This document shows positions 23,541 to 36,663 of a stretch of 64,000 bases of DNA, one piece after another. Each line of letters begins with the position of its first letter. Position 1 is the first letter of the stretch. Origin of the DNA: Takakia lepidozioides (taxonomy: Eukaryota > Plantae > Bryophyta); contig CM060732.1 in NCBI GenBank assembly GCA_030704615.1, positions 69,874,001 through 69,938,000 on the forward strand, read 5' to 3'. A model generated the notes under the pieces. That model did no database searches and had not been told where the DNA came from. It saw only the letters and a program-made list of their open reading frames with translations. The position numbers and the translations under genes were made by a program.

Positions 23541-26500
23541 ATGCTTAACAAACTTTCTGGAATCAAGACCGAGTCGGGTCAGAGATGAGCAGAAATGTTG
23601 CCTGACAACAGCACCTCTAATGATGGTTGTTTTTTTCTTTGTAATTACCTTGGTTCTGGCTGTGTCTTTACGGTGTGAAGATGCTAGTCCATGTGCACCT
23701 TCGGAGCATCCATTTTTCAGATCGCTGAGAACTCTTTCCCCAAGTTAGCTTGTCCTCTGCTGCTCTGAAAACCAACTATAATTACTGGTTACCTTACTGC
23801 CTCCTCTGAGGACAGATGAAATAAAGACAGCTCAAACCTCCAGGTCAAGGTTCCAACAACCATTGAAAGACACAAAGAGAAGTTGAAGTAAAAGAAGATG
23901 AGACCTAAGGGAGGAGAGGATATTCATTAGACTTTGGCTCCCTTGTTCCATGAGAGAGAGAGAGAGAGAGAGAGAGATCCAAAGTTCACCTCTCTCAGTG
24001 GCTCCAAGAGGGTTAGGCTGCAGCGATGCTTGCTGACCAGATATACCGTGCACTTGTGAAGAAATGCGGTTGCCTTCAGCAATGGCATCCACTTTGAACA
24101 CTTGACAAAGCACTTCCATAATGGAGTGAAGTGGCTGCACTCAATGTCCTCTGATCAAAGGAATGTCAACAGCAGCATGTCATAGGACATTCTTATCTCT
24201 GAGATTTCAAATTTTGTTGCACCAATCCTATTTATTGCTTGTAACAAAAGATTGACACCTGATGAAAGACGGATACACAAATTACAAATTGTAGCTTTTT
24301 TGGGGTATGTTCCTGGAGTATGACTCAAGCCCTCAAACGTCATTGATATTATGTATCCACAAAAGAGCATTTGTGGTTTCATATTGGTGTTGGAACTGCA
24401 TACACAGATCTAGAGCTCATTCTTCTTCTCACAAGGATGAAGAAGACCCATTGGTTTTGTTGACACTGAGAATTTCAGATACAGATTTGGTGGCAGCAGT
24501 GGGCTGGAACCTCTCCAATGAACTTTACACGTGCAGTGACGACCATACCATTTGGAGATGGAACCGGGGTGGTGAAGCCCTCAACAAAGTGAGAAGAAGA
24601 TGAGTTTAAATCAGTCTTCAAGAAACTATCATGATGTCTTTGTATAGTTGTTAGAAATTATTGGGATGTACACTCAGGAGCTGGTGGGGGTACAAACAGG
24701 TGTGCACACTGGAGGCATGCTTCACAGACATTCACTGGTACCCATCCATTTCACAACGCCAGCGCAGTGGAGCTGGCACAGACATTTTTGTTGTGGCCTG
24801 CACTGATGGTAAACACTCACTTCACTCTCTAATTTGTTAAAACAGTTCCTTGTAATGTAGGATGCCAATTTGACAATCAAATGCCCATATTGCTTTTCCC
24901 ACAACAGGCTGCTGCTGTGTCTTCAAAAGTTTTATCCTTATTTGCTGCAGAGCGCACAGCATCCAGTAGTTGAGAAGGGGTGGGCAACGCATACCTTTCT
25001 CTTAGTTCAAGTCTTGAACGGATGCCCCTTCTTATTTTAATCATGTTGGCATTTCATATTGACATTCAGTTTGGAAAGGTGGCAGGTGCTTTCTACATAA
25101 TTGGTAAAGCAGGGAGGGAGGAGAAGCGAGTGGAGGCCCATGAGGGTGCAGTGATTTGTCTTCGATGGAACTTTGAAGGTCTTTTCTTCTCCTTCTACAC
25201 CAGCAAGATAGACATTGATTTGTTAAGCTAAATTGGGCCATCGGCATTTATCAATGACTCTGATCATGGTGAATTGGCAATGGCTTTGAAAGTGTCATTC
25301 ACAGACAATTTTAAATGGGAACTATGGAGGACCAGGAACTGCCTTAGCAACAGGTGGAGAGGATGGCGTTGTCAAGATCTGGTCACGCAGTGGAATGCAT
25401 CGGTCCACTCTAGCGCAAAATAGTGAGTATTTTCGTGTACGTCCTGGAGTGCAAGAAATAACCGTGTAGCTTTGATCAAGCTTGCTCTTCTTATAGACAT
25501 GAAAGAGTTTAAATGACATGAACTGCCATCTTACGCTCAATGTTCACTATACAAGGCCTATTTTACAGCAAGCATGGGCTGATTGGGGAAATTTCTTTAA
25601 TATAGGAGAGTTTCTAGACCACCAGTTGATCTTTTTTGGTACTTTGGGGGACAGAACATTCAGTGTATGCCATAGCATGGGGGCCAGACTCAGATCAAGT
25701 TGTTTACTCATGCGGCAGGAACCTTTTAATCAAACATATTCAGGTATCATAAGTCTTCCACCTGGTTTGCTTTATGGAAGACGGATCTTGCAAACATGTT
25801 CACGGTTTTAAGGGCGATCTCCTGTCGGAACACTGCTTAGATTAGCGGTATTTTCTTGGGTCATTCTTGTACATGCTTCTTCCCAATGACCTTATTCCAA
25901 CCTGATAGCCAAGTTAAGCACGCCTGTGTACAGTGAGCTCTCCACTTCTGTGTTGTCAGCAATTTCTCGAGATTTAGCTTTGCATCAAGCACATGCCTTT
26001 GTCATAAGCTCTATGAGCTTTCCGCGGACATTATAAAGCACCATTTCATATCTGTGCTATTCCAAGCAAGGCAGTACTGCAGTAAGGACAAGGAGGCTAT
26101 AGCCTTACATTGGCTCTATAAGTAGTGCCTTACTAAAGATGCTGTGTTATTTCAGTCCTCCTCAAAGCAGGTGCAATGGGAGAGCCATGAAGGTTTGGTG
26201 TTGAAAGTGGATTGGAATCCTGTGAACAATTTCATAATCTCAGCGGGAGAGGACTGCTGCTACAAGGTTTCTCTCACCTACGTACATGATCCCTTTGGGA
26301 TCTCTCTCTCTTTTTCCCCCTCCTCCAACTCCCAATAGGTGTTTTCAATTAATAATTTCCACTTCCTGAGCTTCTTCTGCAGATTTCTCTAGCAGTAGCA
26401 ACTCTAACTGCAGATAAATGGGTTCTCTTCTGGAAATCTACTTCTAACCTTGAAACTTTTTAAGGCACATTACAGGTGTGGGATTGTTACGGGAGGCTGC

Positions 26501-29500
26501 TATATCAGAGCAACAAATCTGATTGTAGTATCACAGCTCTGGCATGGTGCCCATCAGGCGATGTCTTTGCTGTCGGCTCCTTCAACTCCCTCATTCTTTG
26601 TGACAAGACAGGGGTAAGTTGGTCATTTCAATTTATCTTGTATTGATTCCTTCAGTGTACATCATAACAGCGTCAAAGAGCTCTGCAATTTTTATTGGCA
26701 CAACTTCCACTTCTACATTTCAACATTTTTATTTGTTATCCAAGATGGTTGAAGCAGCTGAGTAAATACAGAACCTTCCTATTTGTCTTCTTAGACCAAA
26801 ATCCCAAAATTAGTGGAATTAACAAGGAGCTTGACACCTAATGGTAAGGTGTGGGCCATTTGCCGTGTACACAGTGGCTGTATTCAAAGGAGAAGCCTAA
26901 CACAGGCATGCTCCTAAGTGTTGCATGGAGCACTGATGGGACACAGCTGGCTGGAGCGGGTGGTGATGGCACCATCATTTTTGGCCAGCTTGTGGACAGG
27001 TCTTGTTCCAAACTGCCTATCTGTTGTTGATTCCTCTGGCTTTATTCACCTTACAGCTTTGCCTGCAAGCCAAGCCCCTTCAGAACTCTTATATTCCTTT
27101 GCCTTTCAGTTGGTGTCCTCATGCAACCCTGGTGTGGGCTCATGCTAGGCGGATTGAATGGACAAGGATAACTGCAACTTTGGAAGATTTTAACCGCATA
27201 CGTATTCAGGTTGAGTTCAATTTCTCAATGGTCTGGGGTTTGGCATATTCTAAATCTCCTTGTTGGTTAATGAATGATCGTGATATGTAGGTGAACCACT
27301 GTGAAGGGTTGTATAGAGTTCAGAAGTTATTCTCTAATGTAACTATTGTGCCTTGCTGCTTGCATCCTTCTAGCCAGCTGCATTTTCCCCTCAAGATTCT
27401 CTCTTGCTTTGAGCTTTGAGTTGTTCTTTTGATTCTGGGGATCTGCTATTTACGTTGTGTTTCTTATGCTACTTGTGTCCCTGGGACCTTCCATTGCCCT
27501 GTGAAACAAAACACTTCTTCCTTGTCAAGGAGACATCATGTGGCATATTTACATGAGGCTCTCCACATTAGGGAATCCCCAAAGTTGACTTGTAGTTTTA
27601 TGCGGGGTCCTACTTTTCTGCTCTCTTTTCTCTTGTTCTTGTTCCATTAGCTGTTTGAGCTTCTCGTGGATGTAATAAACTCCTTGCTTTCTTTCTGTCT
27701 TTCCTCTCGGTGGTTTACTGTGTTGTTCTAATGTGTCTGATGGCATCTGGCCTTCCATGGTTGTAAGACCTTCCTTCTGTTTTCATTATTCTCTCCTTGG
27801 TCCGCCCAAACTGGGCAGGAAAGTCCACACATGTGCTTTGTGGCTTATTTGAACTTAGCTAACCAAATACTAACAGGATGTGCTAAGCGAGACAGTGGAG
27901 GAGTTAGATTTCCGGGACCGAGTCATTAAAATGAGCCTGGGATTTCAGCACCTTGTTGTTGCCACTGCTACTCAGGTGACTGGCATGTGCCGACCCAACC
28001 CTTCGCTTCCTTCATTGCTAATCTCCATGCACATGTGATGCATTACCACTGTGCCCATTCACCTATTGCATGCTCTTAGACAATTGTCAAGTTTTCACAA
28101 CCACAAATTTCCACACGACAATACGCTCCATGATAAGAAGAGGAGCTTATACTGCAAAGCTTCTTACTTCACTAACCAAGTTTTGTGGTGGCCCATGGAT
28201 GTGGGATTCAGTGCTGTATTTACTCTGTGACAAATTGGAACACACCCCACATCTTTGACATCAAGGATACCATCATATTGGTCAAGCAGTGCCAGCGATA
28301 TTTTCTTATGGTTGATTGCTTCACAGGCTTGCAGCTTTTTACCTATGAGGGGAGACATCTTTCCAATCCAAGGTTTCAAGGTAGGGTTCAATAATGTCAC
28401 GATTCAGTGTATGCACAAACATGTGGATATGATTCCTAGTCTAGTTGCAATGCTGCTTGTCCAAAGCTAGCTTTCAGTATATGTTGGGGTTTGCATATGC
28501 ATGCAGTTACTTGGACTGAGTACATCTTGTGGGTATTGAGTTGTGGACATTATTTTCTATCCTTTCTCTGGGCTGATGGAAAAAGGGACTCATTGCTATT
28601 CAAGCATTGTATGTGTCTCAGAGACACAGTACTGAAGCTTGATATTTGAGATTGCTGCAGGCCTACGTCCAGAATCATTTAATGACAAAAATGTGAGCCT
28701 ATCAGATGACATTCTTGCTGTAATAGACCACAGTGACAGAAAAAGTATGCACCCTTTCTCTCTGTGCATCCCATCTTTCTGAAGAAAAGACATCAAATGC
28801 TCTATCAATCACCATCAGGGAAACGTTCAGTTAACTATTGTTTCTTCGGACTCATCCTAATTGAAAGATGGTGAGCAACAATCATGAAGAATCATCTCAA
28901 TCTCATGAATGTTGTCCAACTGAAAGACCTTTCCTGTGCTTACATTTCTGGCATAAGCTAGAGTTTCTGCTGCTGTGTGTGCTGATCATCTGTGAAATAA
29001 ATCAATTGAAGAGCGAGGCTACAGCAGTTAGACTTCAACCAGACAATATCTGAAATGTATCTAGTTTCTTGTCTTATGAATGAACTGGATGGGTCTATCC
29101 AACCACCCCAATTGAGTTTTGACACCAAGGTCAATTCTGAATTAATCACCATTGCTTCAACGTCCGCTTATCTGGCATTTCAACAGCGGTACGGTTCTTG
29201 GATGCCAATACTGGGAAGTTGGTGGGAGACTTGATGCGGGTTGTCTTGGAGATTGCTGAAGTTTCTCTCAACCAGATGGGTACAATAGCAGACCGCAAAC
29301 TTGCATTCATCGACTCCAATCACGACCTCTACATCAGCCCCGTCCATGTAAGTTGTCCTGATTCAAATGTTTCTAAGCTGAATGGGCAACTTAGGTACCC
29401 CCAGACCATGGTATTCAGATATCCCTGATGTATCAAATCCTGGAACCCTCTTATCCATCTGGTATGATGGTTGCTTAATCTCAATGGACCATCAACAAAG

Positions 29501-32496
29501 GCTTGGACTTCGACAAGTTGAGGACCCTGTAGTGCGGTTTCTTCTACAGAAAGAATCGCAGAGGTTGTATGTTCATGCCGGTTCTGCAGGGAGGGGGTCA
29601 ATTGGTTGATTGACCAACTCTGGCTAAGGTGGAAACTATTCCCTAGCCCTGGAACTCAGTGCAAGAGTGTAAGTGCTGTGAAAATGGTCGAAACATGTTC
29701 ATATTGAGAATCGGTAGGGACTAGGGACCCCTGGTATGAAGCTTTGATATAGAAAAAAGACTTTGTTTTCTCTTGTAATATGTGTGACCATGGTATCTGT
29801 CGTTCCATGAAATTTGATATGAAAACAAATAAAGGGGAACGAATAAAGAAGAGCTAAAAGTTGGGAGGTCCAGAGGCCAGCGATGTTCAAGTTGGCTGCC
29901 ATGGTGGACAATGCAATGTGGAATGAAACCACAGATATGTTGGCAGCCATAGCTGACCAGAAGCTGGTTGTGTGGTACTATCCACATGCTGCTTACATTG
30001 ACAAGGACCTTCTTCACTTTGTCAAGCATACAAAAGATTGGTGAGCCCTTTTTTCCATTATGAAACTGGTTCCTTGAAAACATAATATACGAGAACTACG
30101 ACCAGTACGTAGTAAAGGTTTTCTGCAGACTGAGGACCTTGGAGAAAAATTAGCAGTAAGAGATTGCATCGAATCATTGTAATTATGTCACTTCCAACTT
30201 CTCTGAAATGGGTGTTGATATCTCCCTCTTTTTGTGTATGACAGTGATGTGGGAAGGGGTGCGAAAGTCCAGAGCTTCTATGGTTCACAATGTGCTGTCC
30301 GCCGAACCGATGGGGCATCCATCATAACATATGTGTCTCCCTTCCCGTTGCTGCTGTTTGAGCATGTGGCTTCCAAACAGTGGGACCATGCGCTTCGCCT
30401 CTGCCGCTATGTGAAGGTAGGTGACAACTTTATAGGTGACCTATTATGTGGGACTTAGTGCATGCACATACCTCAGTGCATCATGTAGGGTCATACAGAC
30501 AGCAGTTCAAATCCTGTTCACTCCTTAGAAATGATCTTTCTATGTAAATGTCCAAAATTACATTTGTTTCAACCTTTCCGTGCAATGTTGGGCTGATGAA
30601 TTTTATTGCCTCTGCTCAACAAAGGCATGGATCCTGGTTTTGGCATACAGTTTATAGAAGCAAGGCACTAATTCTATTGGGAATGCAGGACAATCTTCTC
30701 TGGGCCTGCCTGGCTGGCATGGCAGTGGCTGCCAAGGAGCTAGGTACTGCCGAGGTGGCTTATGCTGCCCTTGATGAGGTACTTTTCCACCCTTGGCTTT
30801 GTGAATCAAGAACATGGATGGCTTCAATCAGCTTTCCATAACAAGCTACATGGGAATGGGGCTGTCACAACTGTTTTACTTGGATTGTGTCTAGCTTTGT
30901 TGTTCAGGACTTGGCAGGCAGTCAGTCAGTGGAGCCATACTTCATATCTTTGAGATTTAAAAACGGTAGGATCACCAGTATTGACATGCCATCAAGAACT
31001 GCAGAACAGTGCATCCATGCAGCTTTCCCGCTTTTAAGTTATCCAGCAAGGGAGGTTGTGGGGAATATGTTAATGATCAAGGTTCTTGCAGGGACATCTC
31101 AAATTAGAAGGGGAAAGATTGAGAGTAAAATGGATGGTATGGCCAGGTGGACAAAGTGCACTACATTCTTCATGTTAAGGACCTTCCGTCCGAAGAGTCC
31201 CGGCAGGCTGAGCTAGCACTATTCCGGAGACGGCCAGAGGAAGCAGAATCAATATTGCTTCAGGCAGGCCTGACATATCGTGCTATCAACCTCAACCTCC
31301 GCTTATTTAACTGGGACAGGTACTGTCTGCATTGCAAGTGTTGTACTCTCGTCATGCTACATGGCTATGCACAAGACCAGGGGTGAAGATCGTGCTTTTG
31401 CATGGGTCTGTCCACTTCTGTCAGTGGGTTGAAGACAGAGCATGCCATTCACCAAATATCTACTCGGTCAGTGTGGCTTGTGTGGGTGTGTCTCTGTGTC
31501 TGTTCCCCTCTCTCTAGCCTTCATGGTTGAATCCCCACAAGAGCCACCTTATTTGTCTTACTCTGTGGTTGTGGCGGTAACTTGGTCTGGCATATTTGAA
31601 TACGGGGTTACATGTTAGCAGCCATTATGCTTAGTTCTCACACACACTCAGGCGTGGACTTTGAAAAGGTCATATGATTGAACGGGCTATTTCTTTCACA
31701 GTTGTTATGGATGTAAACCAAGTGCACTACCATTGTGACTTATTATATTTTGTCTTTTTGTTACTCTCATGGTCTTTTTCTGTAATAATTGTCCAATGGG
31801 GTTGACAGAGCACTGGAGCTGGCACTGCTCTACAAAACACATTTAGATACTGTATTGTGGTACCGGCAGCAATATCTAACGAGTATGAAGCATGATGAGA
31901 CCAAACAACAATTTCTTCACGTCGCCCAGCAGGTTAGTTCATTGTCAGACGACTTTCACTGCTCTCCGATTTGCTGCATTTGTGGGCACCACTCTTCTGA
32001 TGCCAACATCTTCTGCTCCAGTCACCCTTAACAAGCATTTAAGCTCCAGTTGGCTGGAGAGAGGTCTTTGCTGTTAAAACTGAAAGATACGTTGTCCTTC
32101 ATTCCAAGTACATGTTCAAAGCTTAACTCATGATGCATATTTTGTCAGTTTTTTTTGCTATGCTGTCAGTCAAGACTTAAATGTCTTCCTCACTTATAGT
32201 CTACCGTGCAACCCATCTCTTGGATTAGTGGAGTCCTACTTTCTGACTATATAGGACCATAAATGCAGGTACAAATTGATGTGGAGAAAATCAAGGCCAA
32301 GATTGAAGACGACAAGGAGAAAGAGAGCCACCGCACAGGTGAAACACAATGCTCCAAAGCCAAACTGATCAGACATCTTCCCTTGAATGTATGCAGTCAA
32401 TACCTGGAGAGAAAGTCGCTTTTTTGTGCCATGGGTTGGATGGCACCAACACCTCAATGGGAAAGAAACATGTACAAACAATTTCCCTATTGCTAA
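23541..32496 (+). CDS. IFT80: IFT80, intraflagellar transport protein 80 (WD40)
   Basis: About 21 exons, for example 23541-23577 (start exon, less certain), 24479-24588 (LVAAVGW...ELYTCSDDH), 24700-24808, 25086-25178 (VEAHEGAVICLRWN), ~25336-25422 (GEDGVVKIWS), 26156-26266 (LKVDWNPVN...SAGEDCCYK), ~27877-27975 (FRDRVIKMSL), ~28212-28380 (NWNTPHIFD), ~30689-30778 (LWACLAGMAV...AEVAYAA), ~31809-31932 (ALELALLYKTHLDTVL), 32269-32496 (IDVEKIKAKIE). Confidence 0.93.
23952..23977 (+). repeat. (GA)n microsatellite
   Basis: About 13 GA units. Confidence 0.8.
25997..26050 (+). mobile_element. Very short LINE family B 3'-tail copy in an IFT80 intron
   Basis: tgtcataagctctatgagctttccgcggacattataaagcaccatttcat is the reverse complement of the tails at 9556-9598 and 10347-10398. 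Confidence 0.6.
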
Positions 32497-33288
32497 TGTC
32501 ATTAACAAGAGAAATACCCTACAGCACTAGGAGTTGGCTCCAACCAAACATTCACATTAGAATTTTCACAAACCTTGAAAAACCATAGAAGCCAATGAAG
32601 TGAAGCTGGAATCTGTCCTGCCAGTAATTGGACAAGTAATTGTCCAGTTGTGAGTCAGTCACCACCTCATCTGCACTGGTTCTTGTCTGCAGGGTATGGG
32701 ACCACTCCAATAAATACAAAGCCCCTGCGGAGTGCTTCCTCGCAAGAGGTTCTGCCCATCAACAAGCCTTTACTGAGTACTCTCCCCACTAGTTTGCACA
32801 CAAGTAACATGCGAAACATCCATTTGAAGGGGATGCCAACTTTCTAGTACAGAATGCTGTTCATAGTGCACTTCATGATTGAAGGACCAAAGAGCTTTAC
32901 CATTCTCTCAAAGACCTTACCTGTACACAAGAAAGATCACTCAAGCGTCTTATCAATGCTCAATAAAGTGAAACTGTTCAGTACTTGCTAAGAATTAGTA
33001 AGACCACCGTATCTCTGCATGAAAACATGGGCAAAGGACATATATTACATTGAAACCCTCCTATTGAGATGAAGCATCACGTCTGACATCATGGAATATG
33101 CCTCTGCAGAAACAGTACAGCTTTCGTGCTTGGGGAGTAGAGAGTGTCACCAAGCAACCCAAAGCCAAAACTCGATCCAAACTTGAAACCTGTACACAAT
33201 CAAACTCGATCCAAATCTGAACAACTCCAACCAACAGGGCGGAAGCTCTGAGAAATCTTCTAAGGATTCTCCTCCCTTGCCTACAAAG

Positions 33289-34478
33289 CTACTTGAAAAC
33301 TGGCTTCTGCACCTTACAAGATCTATCTTTTGCTGGAGAAATGCTTGGCACGCAGAAGGACAACTGGTGATCTTTCCACACCCCATCCTCCAAATACTTC
33401 TCATAGAAAGTTGCCTCCCCGTTCTTGCGAACGGCTACCACCGACATGCTCCGTGTCCCGTATGCACCACCTGGCCTCTCAAAATCCACAAAGATAGGGC
33501 TCAAGTCATGCTCCCTCTCAGAGGGCATGCCTGTCTTGGGCAGCATGGAATAGTCAGCCTTGGTGCAATCCTTCAATATGTCACCCAAGATCCGATCTTC
33601 AGGAATTTCTCTGTCTGGAAATTCAGCCAGCAAGGCCTCCATCTTCTTCTGTCCTCGAAGTGATTTTGGCCAGGGAGAGTCCAAGCTGGCGTTACTGAGC
33701 GTGTGCATTCCTGGAGAGATCTGCTCCACCAATTTAATCAGCCCGCACAATCAACAAAGGGTCAGAGTTTGCCCAGATTCAATCTGTCCAATGCTTCTTA
33801 CAGCCTGGTCAAATTTTGCATTTTGAGCTTACACTCCAGGAGAAGAAGAGGAGGATGCCACCTGGGGCCAGCAGAACTTGTCAAGTGCTCTACTGCCTCT
33901 CTTGGCCTTTTGACAGAAGGTGTATCACTCACCTTCTGCACACGCACTGGAGAACCAAGGGGCCGATTTGTAAGGTACGCCATTTCCCCTGTAGAGAGAT
34001 CGGCAACCACCAAATTGAAGCCGTTGTACTGACCGGCTCGCGAGGCTACCTCCTCCAGATACTCGGTCGGGCTCTTTGAGGTTTGTAAAAAGAGGGCAGG
34101 AAGCTGACCCCTGGTAATGGTCCCCTCCTTCGTTGTAGGCTCCCGGAAATTAGTCACAAAAGCAAGACGACCCGTTGGAGAGACAGCCAGCCATGTGCCA
34201 CCTTCCTTAGCATCCCGCCCTCCTAGAATCTGATCCTGTTCTCAGCGACCCAATAGATAAAGAGAAAAAAGGTGGGTGAGATCGCTGTGAGGTTTCTGAC
34301 ACGCACCAGCTGCAACCAAATTGTAACCAGACGTACGGAGTCTTCCAAGGAGAATGAGTACCTGGTCAGGCCAGCGATGGAGGGCAAGCGTGGGACGAGC
34401 ATGGTCCTCGTCACGGTTGTGCGCCAAAAGCAGGCTGTAGATGGGGTGCGCCTGCAGCACCCAAATCGCCACACACAT
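33289..34478 (-). CDS. TANGO2: TANGO2 / NRDE-domain protein
   Basis: Exons 34478-34362 (MCVAIWVLQAHPIYSLLLAHNRDEDHARPT), 34235-33933 (ILGGRDAKEGGTWL...GRLAFVTNFRE...YNGFNLVVADL), 33720-33289 (PGMHTLSNASLDSPWPK...YGTRS). All introns are phase 0 GT-AG. Confidence 0.92.
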
Positions 34479-35072
34479 GCTTGCAATCAACAGATCCGCC
34501 TACCTTCTCATCCTTTGATGAAGCCACATCACTTGGAATTCAGTGCGCGTATTCTGCAACAGGTTGATACCAGAAGCTCAGCCAAGGTGAGTTTTGAGTA
34601 TTCAAATTAGCCCTGAAAAACCTCTCTCACCCTCTCTCTCTCCTCTGTGGACGTCACAGAGTTCCCCTCTCCGGAATTTAAATTTGTAAGACTAGGGATG
34701 CGCTATGAGTGCTAAAATATCTTTACAGTATGCAGCTTTGCAATCTTATTATGGGGGAAGTGCTAGCAACGCCAGGAGACGGAATTGGCACTTCATAATG
34801 TGGACTTTGAAGATAGTCCGTAAAAAATTGCACAGTGTGAGGTACCAATAGTTTGGGAAAACCCAATTCCTCTTGTAGTTTGGTGGAACAGAACAGTGGC
34901 AAACTCCAAAGAAGGTACCCTCTCTTTTCTTCAGTCTTACAAAGCTCATACCTCCCTTTTTCTATGGCTATTATCTACAAAAGCCAAATTTCCCCAAATT
35001 GCTCCCAGCAGAGATCTGCATACTTACATAGAAAGAGAAACAAAAGAGCATACATATATTTCTAAGTGCGTT

Positions 35073-36208
35073 TAGGGAATTCCAAAAAGGCCTTGATGTG
35101 CAATGCATCGCAATTCACTTGATCACCCCCTAAAAGTGCACAATTCAATTGAATTGCAAGGGCAATTCAATTGAACTAACCCTAATTTGCAATTCAATTG
35201 AATTGTCGGCACACGATTCAATTGAATTGCTGACTACAATTCAATTGAATTGTAATCTATAATTTTTAACTTATTTCTGTATATAATATATATGTATATA
35301 TTTAAATTATATATATATACATACACAGGTATAAGCTAAAAATACATGTTGCCGTCTATTCTTGCTATCCGTCTGTCAATCCTTTGCCCGTGGTAAGGCT
35401 TGGAGAGAGAGAGAGGAAGTCACGAAGCGCTTGTAAAAGCGGGATTGTCTCTCTTTGTGGATGTTGGTGCCAATATATGGCTATGTACATATACCAAACA
35501 TGATACCAATGTAAGAGTATCAATGTGTAAGAGTTTGATATATTAAACTTATATAGAACACACATCCCAACTTCAGCATGATACCTTTGTAAGGGTATCG
35601 AAATTTTTGATAATTCTCAAGATGAACATATTTTTTGTTTTCTTTGTCCTGGGCCAGATACTAGTGTTAGGGGACTACATGGTGATGCAGGGGAAGCCTT
35701 TCATCAATTGTCAGGTTTGATTTTGTCTGTTTTTTTCGGAGCTAGCCGTGTTTCTTTTGCCAGTGAATCACAGGAAGCTGCTGATCTGTCTCCGTCTCTG
35801 GCTCTCCCTTTCTCGCTGAGGCTGAGGGTGGCTTCACAACTCCACAATTTCCTCAAGGGCACAAGAAAGAGGGCCAGCAAGAATAGACGGGCAACATGTA
35901 TTTTTAGCTTATACTCTTATATGTGTATAAATATAATTTGAATATATACATGTACATATATATTATATATTATATACAAAAATAAGTTAAAAATTATAGA
36001 TTACAATTCAATTGAATTGCCAACTAGCGATTCAATTGAATTGCGAATTGGCAATTGAATTGAATTGTTGACTGCAATTCAATTGAATTACGAGTTGACA
36101 ATTCAATTGAATTGCGAATTAGGGTTAGTTCAATTGAATTGCGCACTTTTAGGGGGTGATCAAGTGAATTGCGATGCATTTCACATCAAGGCCTTTTTGG
36201 AATTCCCT
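35073..36208. mobile_element. Non-autonomous foldback/MITE-like DNA transposon with ~300-bp terminal inverted repeats
   Basis: 35074-35366 is the reverse complement of 35877-36208. The element is flanked by the direct repeat AGTGCGTT (35065-35072 and 36209-36216). The TIRs contain many copies of the palindrome caattcaattgaattg. Confidence 0.88.
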
Positions 36209-36663
36209 AGTGCGTTACCTCTCCACACCTCTTTCATAACCTATCCAGTCATAACCGCCCATCTCAAATTTAGACCCCACGTCCAATTTAGATCCAAGGT
36301 AACATGATGAAGCAGGACTCTACAACGAGAGTTATTAGAGAGCCATGAGGGATACAGGAGCGGGAAATCCAACAGTACGGTAGGAAGCGGAAGCCAAGTG
36401 AGCACAACAAGCATGGTTGAAATTGTCGTTCTTGAGGACTCAATTGGTACTGCACATGAATAGTTTAAGGTTACTTTCACAGCAAGTTCTAGTTGCACTG
36501 TGGGTTCGGAGTAGAGGTCACTTGTGTGACTCTCTCGTATAAAAAGGAGACAAGTGAGAGACATGAACAACAACAACCTTCGATTGAAAGAAAGGGTATA
36601 CAAGCCAAGAGGCATGACTGTTCATCCTAAGAATCAGGAAGAATTAGTCATCCTCAATAGGTG

